Origin: an uncultured Chloroflexia bacterium
GTDB taxonomy: Bacteria > Chloroflexota > Dehalococcoidia > UBA2979
Assembly (NCBI GenBank): GCA_963728205.1
Contig: CAVSIV010000004.1
Location: forward strand, 64,001-128,000
Reading direction: 5' to 3'
DNA length: 64,000 nt
Under the pieces are notes generated by a model that saw only the letters and a list, made by a program, of their open reading frames with translations, ran no database searches and was not told the DNA's origin. Position numbers and translations under genes: made by a program. Shown piece after piece: positions 51,243 through 63,336 of this stretch (positions within the stretch are counted from its first letter, which is position 1; the number at the start of each line of letters is the position of its first letter).

Positions 51243-52094
51243 CTAGGAGTGCTCGCGCAGAAACGCGCGGATGGTCTCGATGGTCGCGGGCTTCTTCGCG
51301 TCCGAGCGCGCATCGACGTCGAGGCAGCGCGCGTCCGGCGCCAGCTCGCAGATGCGCCGGCCGACACCGGTCGGGTGGAAGGGGTCGTTGCCCGGGATGA
51401 TCAGCAGCGGCGCCGGGCAGGTGCGCAGCCAGTCCTCGGTCACGCTCATGAACGGCGGTCGCTCCGGCCACACGCCGTCCGCGAAGCGCTCGATCAGCGC
51501 GACGTAGTCGTCCGCGCTCATCGCTTCGATCTCCGCACGGAACGCCGCGTCGGCGTGGATGCGCCGCGCGAACGGTCCGCCGCCGTTGTTCTGCACGAAG
51601 ACCGGGTTCTCCATCGCCGCCGCCACCACCGCGGCCGCGCCCTGCGCGCGCGCCAGCTCGAGCGTCGGCTGGAACATCGCCATGAAGACGGCGATGGAGT
51701 TCGTCGCGTCGAGCCCGACCGGGTCCTGGCCGACCACCGCGCGGATGCGATCGGGCGCGGTCTGCACCAGGTGCAGCGCGTGCGCGACGCCGATGCAGCC
51801 GCCCCACACGTGCGCGCGGTCGACGCCGACGGCGTCGAGCACCGCGAGCTGGTCGCCCGAGGTGAGCTCGTAGGAGAAGTCGGGCGGCGCCTGCCAGGAC
51901 GCGCCGGCGTGGCGCTGATCCATGCCGATCACGAGGAACTCCGACTGGAGCTCCGCGATCGGGTTGATCGCGCTGCGCTGCCAGAAGGCGATCTCGCTGT
52001 TCACGCCGCCGAGGGCAATCAGCAGGATCGGCGTCCCGCTGCCCCACGTCTCGTAGTGGATTACGGCGCCGTCGGGGCCGCGTGTCTCGGGCAT
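51243..52094 (-). CDS. alpha/beta hydrolase with Cys at the nucleophile elbow
   Basis: IHYETWGSGTPILL, MDQRHAGAS, WGGCIG and GNDPFHP motifs. Confidence 0.85.
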   Translation of the reverse strand: MPETRGPDGAVIHYETWGSGTPILLIALGGVNSEIAFWQRSAINPIAELQSEFLVIGMDQRHAGASWQAPPDFSYELTSGDQLAVLDAVGVDRAHVWGGCIGVAHALHLVQTAPDRIRAVVGQDPVGLDATNSIAVFMAMFQPTLELARAQGAAAVVAAAMENPVFVQNNGGGPFARRIHADAAFRAEIEAMSADDYVALIERFADGVWPERPPFMSVTEDWLRTCPAPLLIIPGNDPFHPTGVGRRICELAPDARCLDVDARSDAKKPATIETIRAFLREHS

Positions 52095-52245
52095 CGGGCT
52101 CTCGCTTTCACGGCATCGGCCTGCTTCGAGCGGCGCCGGGTCACGGCACCGGTCGTCTCGTGGGAACCGATCGGCGCGTTCACCACGCGCCGCTCGAAGC
52201 GTGCATTGTAGATACGATGGCCGATGGCCCGGGGGAGGACACGCG

Positions 52246-52881
<636 letters not shown>

Positions 52882-52920
52882 CGGTCACGGCGGGTTGGCA
52901 CGGGGCGAGACACTGGACGC

Positions 52921-53363
52921 ATGAGTGACTGTGTCTTCTGCCGAATCATCAGCAACGACGAGCCGGCGAGCCTCGTCCACCGCGACGACCGCGTGACGGC
53001 GTTCCTGGATCACGCGCCGGTCAACGACGGCCACACCGTGATCGCCGCCAACGAGCACACGGCCACCGTGGCCGACCTCGACCCCGAGGTCGGCGCGCAG
53101 ATGTTTCGCGTCGCGCTCCGGGTCTCGCGCGCGCTGCGCGCGTCCGAGGCGCTGCGGTGCGACGGCGTCGACATGTGGCTCGCGGACGGCGAGGCCGCGT
53201 TCGGGCGCGTCGCGCACCCGCACCTGCACGTCTTCCCGCGCTACCGCGGCGACGGCTTCGCGATCACCCGTCGCAACTGGAGCCGCGCGTCGCGCGAGGC
53301 GCTGGAGTCGGCCGCCGAGCCGCTGCGCGAGGCGCTCGGGGAGCCGCGGCCGGCGCGGACACG

Positions 53364-53367
<4 letters not shown>
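52921..53367 (+). CDS. HIT family protein
   Basis: DCVFCRI, AFLD...GHT and HPHLHVFPR motifs. Confidence 0.9.
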
Positions 53368-54566
<1,199 letters not shown>

Positions 54567-54597
54567 CGCGGTCCCCCTCCGGGCTCCGAGGAGCCGG

Positions 54598-55560
54598 CTA
54601 TCCCTTCGTCGCCCCCGCCAGGATCCCCTCGACGAAGTAGCGCTGGAACGCGAAGAACACCACCAGCGGGATCGCCATCGAGACGAAGGCGGCGGCCGTC
54701 AGCAGCTGGTACGAGGAGCCGAACGAGCTGACGAGGTTGGTGATCTGCAGGGTCATCGGCGCGAGATTCGGGTTGCCGAGCAGCACCAGCGCGATCAGCA
54801 GATCGTTCCAGGTCCAGAGGAACTGGAAGATCGCGAGCGCGGCGAGCGCCGGCACCGATAACGGCAGCGCGACGCGCCGGAAGATCGTGAGCGACGAGGC
54901 CCCGTCGAGCTGCGCAGCCTCGATCAGCTCGCGCGGCAGTCCCACGAAGAAGTTGCGCATGAGGAACACGGCGAACGGCAGCCCGTACGCGGTATGCGCG
55001 AGCCAGATGCCGGGGAAGCTGCTGACGCCGAAGAGGTTGCCGCCGATCAGCGGCACCGACACGTGCACGGTGAGGTGGCCGTAGAGCCGCAGCACCGGGA
55101 TCAGGGTCGACTCCAGCGGCACGACGAGCAGCGCGACGACGAGCAGCAGCAGCGGCGTGCGCGCCGGAAAGCGCATCCACGCGAACGCGAAGCCGGCCAT
55201 CGATGCGACGAGCAGCACGATCAACGTGGCCGGGATGCTGATCAGCAGACTGTTGATGAAGGCGCGCCCCATGCCCTGCTGCGAGAGCACCGCGCGGTAG
55301 TTGGAGAGCGTGAACGGCGAGCCGAGCGCGTGCCACCATCCGCTCGACGCGATCGCCGATGGATCGCGGAACGACGAGACGAGCAGTGCGAACGTCGGGA
55401 CGCTCCAGATCACCGCAAGGCCGATCAGCACGAGGTGCAGCGGAAGGCGGCGCCAGAGCCGCCTCGCCCAGCGGCCGCGATCGGCGCCCGACCGCGGGCC
55501 GGACGAGAGCGGCGAACCGGCGCCGGGTGGCGTGCGGGCCGCGACCTGCGTGTGCGTCAT
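54598..55560 (-). CDS. carbohydrate ABC permease (AglG-like)
   Basis: EAAQLDGAS motif, WNDLL and FQRYFVEGILAG. Confidence 0.92.
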   Translation of the reverse strand: MTHTQVAARTPPGAGSPLSSGPRSGADRGRWARRLWRRLPLHLVLIGLAVIWSVPTFALLVSSFRDPSAIASSGWWHALGSPFTLSNYRAVLSQQGMGRAFINSLLISIPATLIVLLVASMAGFAFAWMRFPARTPLLLLVVALLVVPLESTLIPVLRLYGHLTVHVSVPLIGGNLFGVSSFPGIWLAHTAYGLPFAVFLMRNFFVGLPRELIEAAQLDGASSLTIFRRVALPLSVPALAALAIFQFLWTWNDLLIALVLLGNPNLAPMTLQITNLVSSFGSSYQLLTAAAFVSMAIPLVVFFAFQRYFVEGILAGATKG

Positions 55561-56486
55561 CAGGCCGCCTCCTGCGCCTGGAAGCGACGGATCGTGAGCG
55601 ACATGATCGGCACGACCGCGGCCAGCAGGATGAACGCCAGCGCCGAGCCGACGCCGAGGTCCTGGTTGATGAACGCCTCCTTGAAGAACAGCGTCGGCAC
55701 GACGTCCGTCCCGAACCGTCCGCCGGTCATGACCCAGACCAGGTCGAACACCTTCAGCGCCTGGATCAGCAGCGTGGTCGACACCACGACGATCACCGGT
55801 CGCAGCGTCGGCACGATGATCCGCCAGAAGATCTGCCACTCGTTCGCGCCGTCGACGCGCGCCGCCTCGAGCATCTCCTTCGAGATGCCCTTGAGCCCGG
55901 CCGAGAGGACGACCATCGAGAAGCCGGTCCACATCCAGGTCCCGACGCCGATCAGGACGAAGTTGTTCAGCTGCAGCGGGCCGGGCAGCGTCTGCGGACC
56001 GAGCGAGGTCAGCCAGGTCCAGGGCGCGTTCGTGTTCTGCAGCCAGGCGGTCGACGCTCCGCCGAGCTCCGTGACGACCGCGTTCACCGTCCCGATCTCC
56101 GGGTTGTACTGGAGCATGAAGCGCCAGATCACCGACGCCGCGACGAACGAGATCGCCATCGGGATGAAGATGGCCGACTTCGCGACCGACTCGTAGCGCA
56201 CGCGGCCGGTGAGCACCGCGAGCACGAGCCCGAGCGGCACCGTGAGGCCGGTGAACACGACGATCCACATCACGCCGTTGAGCAGCGCCTGGTGCGTGTC
56301 CGCGACCAGCGGATTCGGGTTGTGGGCGATGTACGCGTAGTTGTCGAGCCCGACGAAGTGCTGCGAGCGCGGGCCGAGGAAGCTCCGCCGCAGCGTGTCG
56401 AGCGACGGGTAGACCAGGAAGACACCGACCTCGATCAGCGCCGGCGCGAGCCACAACCACGGCACCCAGCGTCGACGGACGATCAC
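55560..56486 (-). CDS. carbohydrate ABC permease (AglF-like)
   Basis: FVGLDNY, PMAISFV, EAARVDGA and LKVFD motifs. Confidence 0.92.
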   Translation of the reverse strand: MIVRRRWVPWLWLAPALIEVGVFLVYPSLDTLRRSFLGPRSQHFVGLDNYAYIAHNPNPLVADTHQALLNGVMWIVVFTGLTVPLGLVLAVLTGRVRYESVAKSAIFIPMAISFVAASVIWRFMLQYNPEIGTVNAVVTELGGASTAWLQNTNAPWTWLTSLGPQTLPGPLQLNNFVLIGVGTWMWTGFSMVVLSAGLKGISKEMLEAARVDGANEWQIFWRIIVPTLRPVIVVVSTTLLIQALKVFDLVWVMTGGRFGTDVVPTLFFKEAFINQDLGVGSALAFILLAAVVPIMSLTIRRFQAQEAA

Positions 56487-56503
56487 GGCGGCCTCCCGCG
56501 TCC

Positions 56504-56532
56504 GCGGCGGGGCGCCCGTCGCGCCCCGCCGC
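56504..56532 (-). other. intercistronic stem-loop after the SBP gene
   Basis: GCGGCGGGGCGC-CCGTC-GCGCCCCGCCGC perfect 12-bp stem between SBP and first permease. Confidence 0.55.
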
Positions 56533-56543
56533 TCGCCTCGCGG

Positions 56544-57971
56544 CTACGAGCCCCGGGCCTTCTCGATCGATGCCAGGATGCTGTCCAGCTGATCCGGGTT
56601 CGCGAGGTACTGCGTGATCCCCTTGAAGTACGCCTGCTGCAGCGCCCCGCCGATGGCGTCGTCGAGGTCGAAGCGGAACAGGCTGGCCTGCGTCAGCTGT
56701 TGCGCCTGCTTCTTCGCGATCGCGTCCGGGTAGGCGTCCAGGCTGACCTGCTTGTTCACCGACGTGAAGCCGCCCTTCTTCACCCAGACTTCCTGCGCCT
56801 TCGCCGACGCCAGGTAGGACATGAGCGACTTCGTGGTCGGCTGGGCGTCGAAGGCGTAGACGATGTTCGCGCCGACCGGTCACGCCCCCGCCCGGCCACG
56901 GCATGAAGTCGAAGTCCGTCGCCCGCCTTGAGGTCGGGGAACTGTGACGTGATGAAGCCGGCCGCGAACCCGCCCATGTAGACCATGGCCGCCTTCGGCG
57001 GGTTGTCGAACGGGAGATACGTCGAGTCCTGGAAGTTCGTGGCGTTGATGCCCGCGCCGCCCTTCTGCGCGGTCATCCCGTCGCCGAGCGCGATCGCGCC
57101 GAACTTCTGCCAGGCGTCCTTCATCTTCGGGTCGGTGAACTTGATCGACCCATCGACGATGCCGTCGTAGGTGTCGCCACCGGCCTCGTTCAGGATGATC
57201 TGCTGGATCCAGTCCGTGCCCGGCCAGCCGCTGGATCCCGCCGGCCTCGACGCCGATCGACCACGGCGCCATCGACCCCTCGTCCTTGATCTTCTTGGAC
57301 AGCGTCATCAGGTCGTCCCACGTGCTGTCCGTCTTGAGCGGCTTCCAGCCCTTGTCCTTGAACACCTTCGGGTTGTACCAGATGGTCGCCTTCGTATCGG
57401 CTTTCATGAAGAAGCCGTACAGGGTGCCGTCGACCGTCCCGAGGTCGACGAAGCCCTTGGGATAGTTCGACTGCACGTCCTGCGCGACCCCGAGGTCGGA
57501 GAGCGACGTCACCTTCTTCTCGCCGACGAACTGCTTGAAGAGACCGACCTCGGCGGGGATCGCGATGTCCGGGGCATTGTTGCCCTCGACGCGCGTCGTC
57601 AGGATCGCCGTCGTGTCGCGCGTGCCGGTGAAGTCGACCTTCCCGCCGGTGCTGTCCTCCCACGGCTTGACCATCGCGCGGAAGTTGTCGAGCTCGCTCG
57701 AGCCCCAGATGCCGATGACGCTGGCGGTGCCCATCTTGCCGCCGGCCGCGGCAGTGCCGCTGGCCGCGGCCGTGCCTGCCGCGGTGCCCGCGGCGGTCCC
57801 GCTGGCCGCCGGCGCGATCGTCGCCGCGGGTGTCGGGGTGCTGGAGCTGTTGCTGCATCCGATCAGGGCCGCCCCCGCGAGCCCCGTGGTGGCAATGCCG
57901 GCCGCCCGCAGGAAGCCCCGGCGGCTGTAGCGCTGTCTCCGCGATCCACTGCTCTGCGTTCCACTGCGCAT
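56544..57971 (-). CDS. sugar ABC solute-binding lipoprotein (AglE-like, Tat), three +1 frameshifts (~57240, ~56922, ~56878)
   Basis: SRRGFLR, lipobox LIGC, PDIAIP, KATIWYNPK, GWPGTDWI and FRFDLDD across frames. Confidence 0.85.
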
Positions 57972-58252
57972 GGTGCGTTTCCCCCGTCTCGCTCCGTCCG
58001 TGAGCGTGTGGTGGTGAACGGCCCTCTTCTCCATGTTCCAAGCGCGGTCAACCGGCGAGGCGGTCCCAGACCGCGCATTTCCGCTCGTCACGCAGTGGCG
58101 CCGCCTCCGCCGAACTCACACCGACCGTAGGCGGAGGCCCCCCTATACTGACCGCCGGTCGCGCCCGCGAACGCACCCCGCGGCGCCGCCGGGCGCAGCG
58201 CGAGGTATCCCGCGCCGCGCCGACCCGCTCGCGACCATGGTGAGGACCGGAC

Positions 58253-59158
58253 ATGCGGATCGTGCTCTTCGGGCAGGCGGCCTTCGGCCGCGACGTCTTC
58301 CAGGCACTGCGCGAGGCCGGCGAGGAGGTGGTCGCCGTCTCCACCCCGCGCCAGGGCACGCGCCCCGACCCCCTGTTCGAAGCCGCCACCGAGGCCAGTC
58401 TGCCCGTCATCGAGACGCCGTCGCTGCGGCAGGACGGGCCCTTCCAGCAGTACCTCGACCTCAAGCCCGATTTGCTCGTGTTCGCCTTCGTCACCGACAT
58501 CGTGCGCAAGCGCGTGCTCGACGCGGCGACCCACGGCGCGATCCAGTACCACCCGTCACTGTTGCCGCTGCACCGCGGCCGCACCGCGATGAACTGGGCG
58601 CTGATCGCCGGCCGCCGCACCACCGGCATCTCGATCTTCTGGGTCGACGAGGGCATCGACACCGGCCCGATCCTGCTCCAGCGCGAGGTCGAGATCGCGC
58701 CCGACGACAGCGTCGGCTCGCTCTACTTCGAGCGGCTCTACCCCATGGGCGTCGAGACGCTCGTCGAGGCCACGCGCATGGTGCGCGAGGGCACCGCGCC
58801 GCGCATCGAACAGGATCACGCGCTGGCGACGTACGAGGCACCGTGCGGCCCCGAGCACGCGCGCATCGACTGGCACCACCACGCGCAGGTCGTGTTCAAC
58901 CTGATTCGCGGCTGTGACCCGCAGCCCGGCGCGTCGAGCGTCGTCGGCGGGCGCACCGTCCGACTGTTCGACGCGCGCTACCGGCCGGGCGCGCCCGACG
59001 AGCCGCCCGGCACCGTGATGGCGATCGTCGACGACAGGGCTGAGATCGCCGCCGTCGGCGGCACCATCGTCGTCGGTCGCGTGCAGCCCGAGGACGGCCG
59101 CAAGGTCGCCGCAAGCGAGGTGCTCACCGTGGGCGACGTCCTGGAGCGACCCGCATGA
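58253..59158 (+). CDS. formyltransferase-family protein (10-formyl-THF hydrolase-domain-like rather than canonical Fmt)
   Basis: IQYHPSLLPLHRG and FWVDEGIDTGPILLQ motifs; Fmt C-terminal domain. Confidence 0.8.
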   Translation: MRIVLFGQAAFGRDVFQALREAGEEVVAVSTPRQGTRPDPLFEAATEASLPVIETPSLRQDGPFQQYLDLKPDLLVFAFVTDIVRKRVLDAATHGAIQYHPSLLPLHRGRTAMNWALIAGRRTTGISIFWVDEGIDTGPILLQREVEIAPDDSVGSLYFERLYPMGVETLVEATRMVREGTAPRIEQDHALATYEAPCGPEHARIDWHHHAQVVFNLIRGCDPQPGASSVVGGRTVRLFDARYRPGAPDEPPGTVMAIVDDRAEIAAVGGTIVVGRVQPEDGRKVAASEVLTVGDVLERPA

Positions 59159-60273
59159 TCGTCGCCACCGTCAAGGAGACGAAGCTCGAGGAGTATCGCG
59201 TCGCCCTCACGCCCGAAGGCGTGGCCAACATCGTGCACGCCGGCCACCACGTGCTGGTCGAGACGCACGCCGGCGAGGGCTCGAACTACACGGACGACGA
59301 GTACCGCGCGGCCGGCGCCGAGATGATCGCGACGCCCGAAGAGGTCTACGCGCGCGCCGAGCTGATATGCGAGGTGAAGGAGCCGCAGCCGTCGGAGTAC
59401 GGCCTGCTGCGCGCCGACCAGGTGCTCTTCACCTACCTGCACCTCGCGGCGGAGCCCGACGTCACCGACGCCATCGTCGACTCGCGCTGCATCGCGATCG
59501 GCTACGAGACGGTGATGCGCGATGACGGCTTTCTGCCGCTGCTCGCCCCGATGTCCGAGGTCGCCGGCCGCATGGCCGTCGAGATCGGTGCGCACTTCCT
59601 GAAGCGGCCCGGGCCGGGGCGCGGCATGCTGCTCGGCGGCCTGCCGGGCGTGCCGCCCGCGCACGTCGTCGTCGTGGGCTCCGGGAACGTCGGCAAGAAC
59701 TCCGTGCGCGCCGCGGTCGGCTTCGGCGCGCGCGTGACCGTGATCTCGATCGACGAGGACCAGCTCCGCGCGCTGGAGGAGCTGTACGCCGGACGCATCG
59801 AGACGCGACTCTCTTCGCCGCAGACGATCGCCGACGCCGTCCGCAGCGCGGACCTGCTCGTCGGCGCGGTGCTCGTGCAGGGCAAGCGCGCGCCGGTGAT
59901 CGTCTCCCGCGACATGGTGCGGACGATGGGGCCGGGCGCCGTGATCGTCGACGTCGCGGTCGACCAGGGCGGCTGCATCGAGACGACGCGCCCGACCGAC
60001 CACGTGCACCCGATCTACGTGGACGAGGGGGTCGTGCACTACGCCGTCCCGAACATGCCCGGCGCCGTGCCGCGCACGTCGTCGCGGGCGCTGACCGGGC
60101 TCACGCTGCCGTACATCCTCAAGGTCGCGAACCAGGGCGTGGACGCGGCCATCCGCGGCGACCGTGCGCTGGCGCGGGGCGTGAACGTCTATCGCGGGGA
60201 GATCACCCACCAGGGCGTGGCGGAGTCGCTCGCTCGGCCGTGGAAGCCGCTCGAGGCGGTGCTGCGGGCGTAA
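59155..60273 (+). CDS. ald: alanine dehydrogenase
   Basis: KE...EYRVALTP, VKEP, FTYLHLA, PLLAPMSEVAGR, DVAVDQGGC and VPNMPGAVPRTS motifs. Confidence 0.92.
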   Translation: MIVATVKETKLEEYRVALTPEGVANIVHAGHHVLVETHAGEGSNYTDDEYRAAGAEMIATPEEVYARAELICEVKEPQPSEYGLLRADQVLFTYLHLAAEPDVTDAIVDSRCIAIGYETVMRDDGFLPLLAPMSEVAGRMAVEIGAHFLKRPGPGRGMLLGGLPGVPPAHVVVVGSGNVGKNSVRAAVGFGARVTVISIDEDQLRALEELYAGRIETRLSSPQTIADAVRSADLLVGAVLVQGKRAPVIVSRDMVRTMGPGAVIVDVAVDQGGCIETTRPTDHVHPIYVDEGVVHYAVPNMPGAVPRTSSRALTGLTLPYILKVANQGVDAAIRGDRALARGVNVYRGEITHQGVAESLARPWKPLEAVLRA

Positions 60274-60320
60274 CCCCGGCAGGCCCCGTCCGGCCCGGCC
60301 GGCGCCGCGCGCCCACGGCG

Positions 60321-60442
60321 CGCGCGCAGGCGTGTCAGCCTCATCGGACGTCAAAGCGGCGCCAGACAGGGCGCCGACAGGAGCGCGGCGTCAGCCGCGG
60401 ACTGCGTCCGCGTGGGTGTCGGCGGCATCATCTGCCGCCGCT
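60321..60442. repeat. REP/REPIN-like palindromic element, copy 4
   Basis: aligns end to end with 1691-1811 (GCAGGCGTG..GCCTC..TCGGA.CGTCAAAGCGGCG..AGACA..GCCGACAG.AGCGCGGCG.CAGCCGCGGAC..CGGCGGCAT..CTGCCGCCGCTG). Confidence 0.8.
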
Positions 60443-60606
60443 GCGCTGACGTTCATGGACGCACGGCGCACCCGGCATGGTGACTGCGGCGAACTCCCCC
60501 GCGCCGCCGGCAGCATGAGTACCCCCCCGCCGGCGCCCCGGCACGCGACGGGGCGAGCGGGTACCATCGCCCGCGCCCCGCGCCCGAGCGACGTGACGGA
60601 GGCCGC

Positions 60607-61914
60607 GTGACCGAGACCCCGCGCCCCCCGGCGCGTTCGCCCCTGCGGCGCCTGCTGCGCGGGATTGCCCTGCTCCGAGAGCAGGAGCGCCTGCTCATGA
60701 TCTGCATCGCGACCGTGCTGGTGATGGCCGGCCAGGGCGTGATCAGCCCGATCCTGCCCCTGTTCGCGCAGGCCTTCGGCGTCGGCACCGCCGCCGTTGG
60801 GCTCACGCTGACGACCTTCGCGCTGGCGCGGCTGCTCCTCAACGTCCCGCTCGGCGCGGCGTCGGACCGCTACGGTCGCCGCCTGCTGCTGATCGGCGGG
60901 CCGATCGTGACGGCCGTCGGGATGATCGGCTCGGGCTTCGCGCTGAACATCGAGCAGCTGCTCGCGTGGCGGTTCATCGCGGGCGCGGGCTCCGGCATGT
61001 ACATGACCGGCGCGCAGATCTACCTCGTCGACATCTCGACGGCCGAGAACCGCGCGCGCTTCATCGGGACGAACCAGGGCGCGCTGTTGCTGGGGACGGC
61101 CATCGGGCCGGCGCTCGGCGGCCTGATCGCGCAGCTCTGGGGGCTGCGCGCGCCGTTCTGGTTCGTCGGCGTCGGCGCGCTGGTGGCGGCGTTCTACTCG
61201 TGGGCACGGCTGCCGGAGACGCGCGGACCCGCCGAGCGGCAGGCGGAGGCCGAGGCGCGCCGCGCGGAGCAGTCGCGGCCGGAGGCGGCGCCGCGCGAGC
61301 CGCATGCGTGGTGGCGGATGATGCGCTCGCGCGACTTCATGGCCGTGTCGCTGATCACGATGGCGGTCTTCTTCACACGCACCGCGTCACGCAACACGCT
61401 GATGCCGGTGATGGCCTCCGACCGCCTCGGCATCTCGGCCGGCGGCCTGGGCGCGCTGTTTACGGCGATGTCGGTAGTGAACATGGTGCTGATCGCGCCC
61501 GCCTCGATGATCGCCGACCGTTTCGGCCGCAAGTGGGCGATCGTGCCCAGCGGCCTGCTGATGGCAGGCTCACTGCTGATGATGGGGACGGCGCAGGGGT
61601 ACGCGATGCTGATCCTCGGCGCGATGGTGCTCTCGGTGGGCACCGGGATCGCCGGCCCGGCGCCGGCGGCCTACGCCGCGGACATCGCACCGCCGGAGCT
61701 GCGGGGCCTGGCGATGGGGCTGTACCGCTCGTCGGGCGACATCGGGTTCGTGATCGGCCCGCCGCTCCTCGGCGCGCTCGCCGACGCCACGTCGTTCGCC
61801 TGGGGCTTCGCCGCGAACGCGATCCTGCTGGGGGCCGCGTCGCTGTTCTTTCTCGTGGTCGCGCGCGAGACGCTGCAGCGCCCCACGCCGGCGGCCGCCG
61901 CGGGAGCGGGGTAG
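60607..61914 (+). CDS. MFS transporter
   Basis: about 12 TM segments; SDRYGRR and ADRFGRK motif A; RFIAGAG; GPALGG. Confidence 0.92.
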   Translation: MTETPRPPARSPLRRLLRGIALLREQERLLMICIATVLVMAGQGVISPILPLFAQAFGVGTAAVGLTLTTFALARLLLNVPLGAASDRYGRRLLLIGGPIVTAVGMIGSGFALNIEQLLAWRFIAGAGSGMYMTGAQIYLVDISTAENRARFIGTNQGALLLGTAIGPALGGLIAQLWGLRAPFWFVGVGALVAAFYSWARLPETRGPAERQAEAEARRAEQSRPEAAPREPHAWWRMMRSRDFMAVSLITMAVFFTRTASRNTLMPVMASDRLGISAGGLGALFTAMSVVNMVLIAPASMIADRFGRKWAIVPSGLLMAGSLLMMGTAQGYAMLILGAMVLSVGTGIAGPAPAAYAADIAPPELRGLAMGLYRSSGDIGFVIGPPLLGALADATSFAWGFAANAILLGAASLFFLVVARETLQRPTPAAAAGAG

Positions 61915-62038
61915 TCGCCTCGACGCGTGGCCACCTCCCCGGCGCCATCCCGCGCGACCGTCGTCGCGGGGGAAGGGGGCGTGTCGTGACATCCGGAGTC
62001 GGGACGCAGCAGCCTGTTGGCGCCCTGCTCACCCCGGA

Positions 62039-62503
62039 TCAGCGCACGTCCCAGCCGATCGCGCGCATCAGCTCCGCCTCGCGGTCGGGCGGCACCCGGA
62101 GGAACAGCGCCGTCGCCTCGGCGATGCGCTCGCCGCCAGCCGCGTCGATTGTCGCGCCCACCTCGATGCGGCGGCCGCGCACGCGCGTCACCCGGCCGGT
62201 GAGCGCGAGGGTGTCGTCGAGCGACGCCGAGCGGCGATAGCGCACCTCGAGTTTCGCGGTCACCCCAAGCGCGTACGCCTCCGCGTACATCGCCCATGCC
62301 ATCGCCTCGTCGAGCAGCGTGACGAGCACGCCGCCGTGCACCGCGCCGGGGAACCCGACGTCCTCGTCGCGCGGCGTATAGAGCGCGCGCACGCCGCCGG
62401 CGGCACGCACGAAGCGCAGCTGCAGGCCGATCGGGTTCCGGCGGCCGCACGCGAAGCAATACTGCTCGTAGAGCGCGGGATCGAACGGCGCATCGTCCGC
62501 CAT
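62039..62503 (-). CDS. PaaI family thioesterase
   Basis: CFACGRRNPIGL and GFPGAVHGG...LLDEAM motifs. Confidence 0.9.
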   Translation of the reverse strand: MADDAPFDPALYEQYCFACGRRNPIGLQLRFVRAAGGVRALYTPRDEDVGFPGAVHGGVLVTLLDEAMAWAMYAEAYALGVTAKLEVRYRRSASLDDTLALTGRVTRVRGRRIEVGATIDAAGGERIAEATALFLRVPPDREAELMRAIGWDVR

Positions 62504-62515
62504 CGCGCGACGCGT

Positions 62516-62908
62516 TCAGCCCAGCGGCGCGGATGCGATGCCGGTGAGCAGCACCTCGCCGCCCTCGGTCTCGCATACGACGTCGTAGGTCGCGCTGCCG
62601 CCGGCGACGCCCCGCAGCGCGGTGCGCGCCGTGACCGTGACGGGCGGCACCGCGGGCGCGCGCCAGCGCACCTTGAGCGCGCCGCCGGCCGCCCAGCGCT
62701 CGCCGAACGCACGCGTCATCGCCTCGGACACGAGCGCGAGCACGAGCATGCCGTGCGCGATCGGCCGGCCGAACTGGCTCGCACGCGCCTCGGGAGTGTC
62801 GCGGTGGATCGGGTTCGGGTCGCGCGCGGCCGCCGCGTAGCGGTCGACGCGCGGCTGGTCGAGCCGGCGCGAGACGGACGGCACCTCCGGCGCGACGGGA
62901 TCGCTCAC
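62516..62908 (-). CDS. MaoC family dehydratase
   Basis: YAAAARDPNPIH...FGRPIAHGML motif. Confidence 0.85.
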   Translation of the reverse strand: MSDPVAPEVPSVSRRLDQPRVDRYAAAARDPNPIHRDTPEARASQFGRPIAHGMLVLALVSEAMTRAFGERWAAGGALKVRWRAPAVPPVTVTARTALRGVAGGSATYDVVCETEGGEVLLTGIASAPLG

Positions 62909-63336
62909 GCGTCGCCTCCTGTCGCGTCGACGCCCGGCGGCGCGAGCAGCACGGTCGTGCGCGCCGTTCCGACGACCTCGTCGCCCGCGCGCCACTCGCT
63001 GTCGAACGCGGTGATCACGGCGCCGCGGCGCTCCGAGCGCTGCCCCACGGTGATCGCCACCTCGAGCGGCTCGTCGTACCGCACCGGCCGCGCGAACGCG
63101 TACTCCTGGCCGGTGTGCAGGATGCCCGCGGGGACCTCGACGCGCTCCATCAGCCCGGCCAGCGCGAAGGCGCCGAGCGCGAGGGGCGGCACGTGCCGCT
63201 CCCAGGTCGCCGGGTCCTCGCCGGTCGCGTCCAGGTAGTCGCGCACCTCGACGGCGGAGATGCGCAGCGGGAAGGGGGCGATGCGGTCGCCCTTCTGCAG
63301 CTGCTCGAGCCGCGGACGCACCGGGTCGGCCGTCAC
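62905..63336 (-). CDS. MaoC/HadA-like hot-dog partner subunit
   Basis: VRDYLDATGE...VPP...ILHTGQEYAFARPV pattern. Confidence 0.75.
   Translation of the reverse strand: MTADPVRPRLEQLQKGDRIAPFPLRISAVEVRDYLDATGEDPATWERHVPPLALGAFALAGLMERVEVPAGILHTGQEYAFARPVRYDEPLEVAITVGQRSERRGAVITAFDSEWRAGDEVVGTARTTVLLAPPGVDATGGDA

Noticed and set aside
57740-57830. Short tandem repeat (GTAA x4 in protein)
   Set aside because: Ordinary low-complexity linker after the lipobox of the solute-binding protein.
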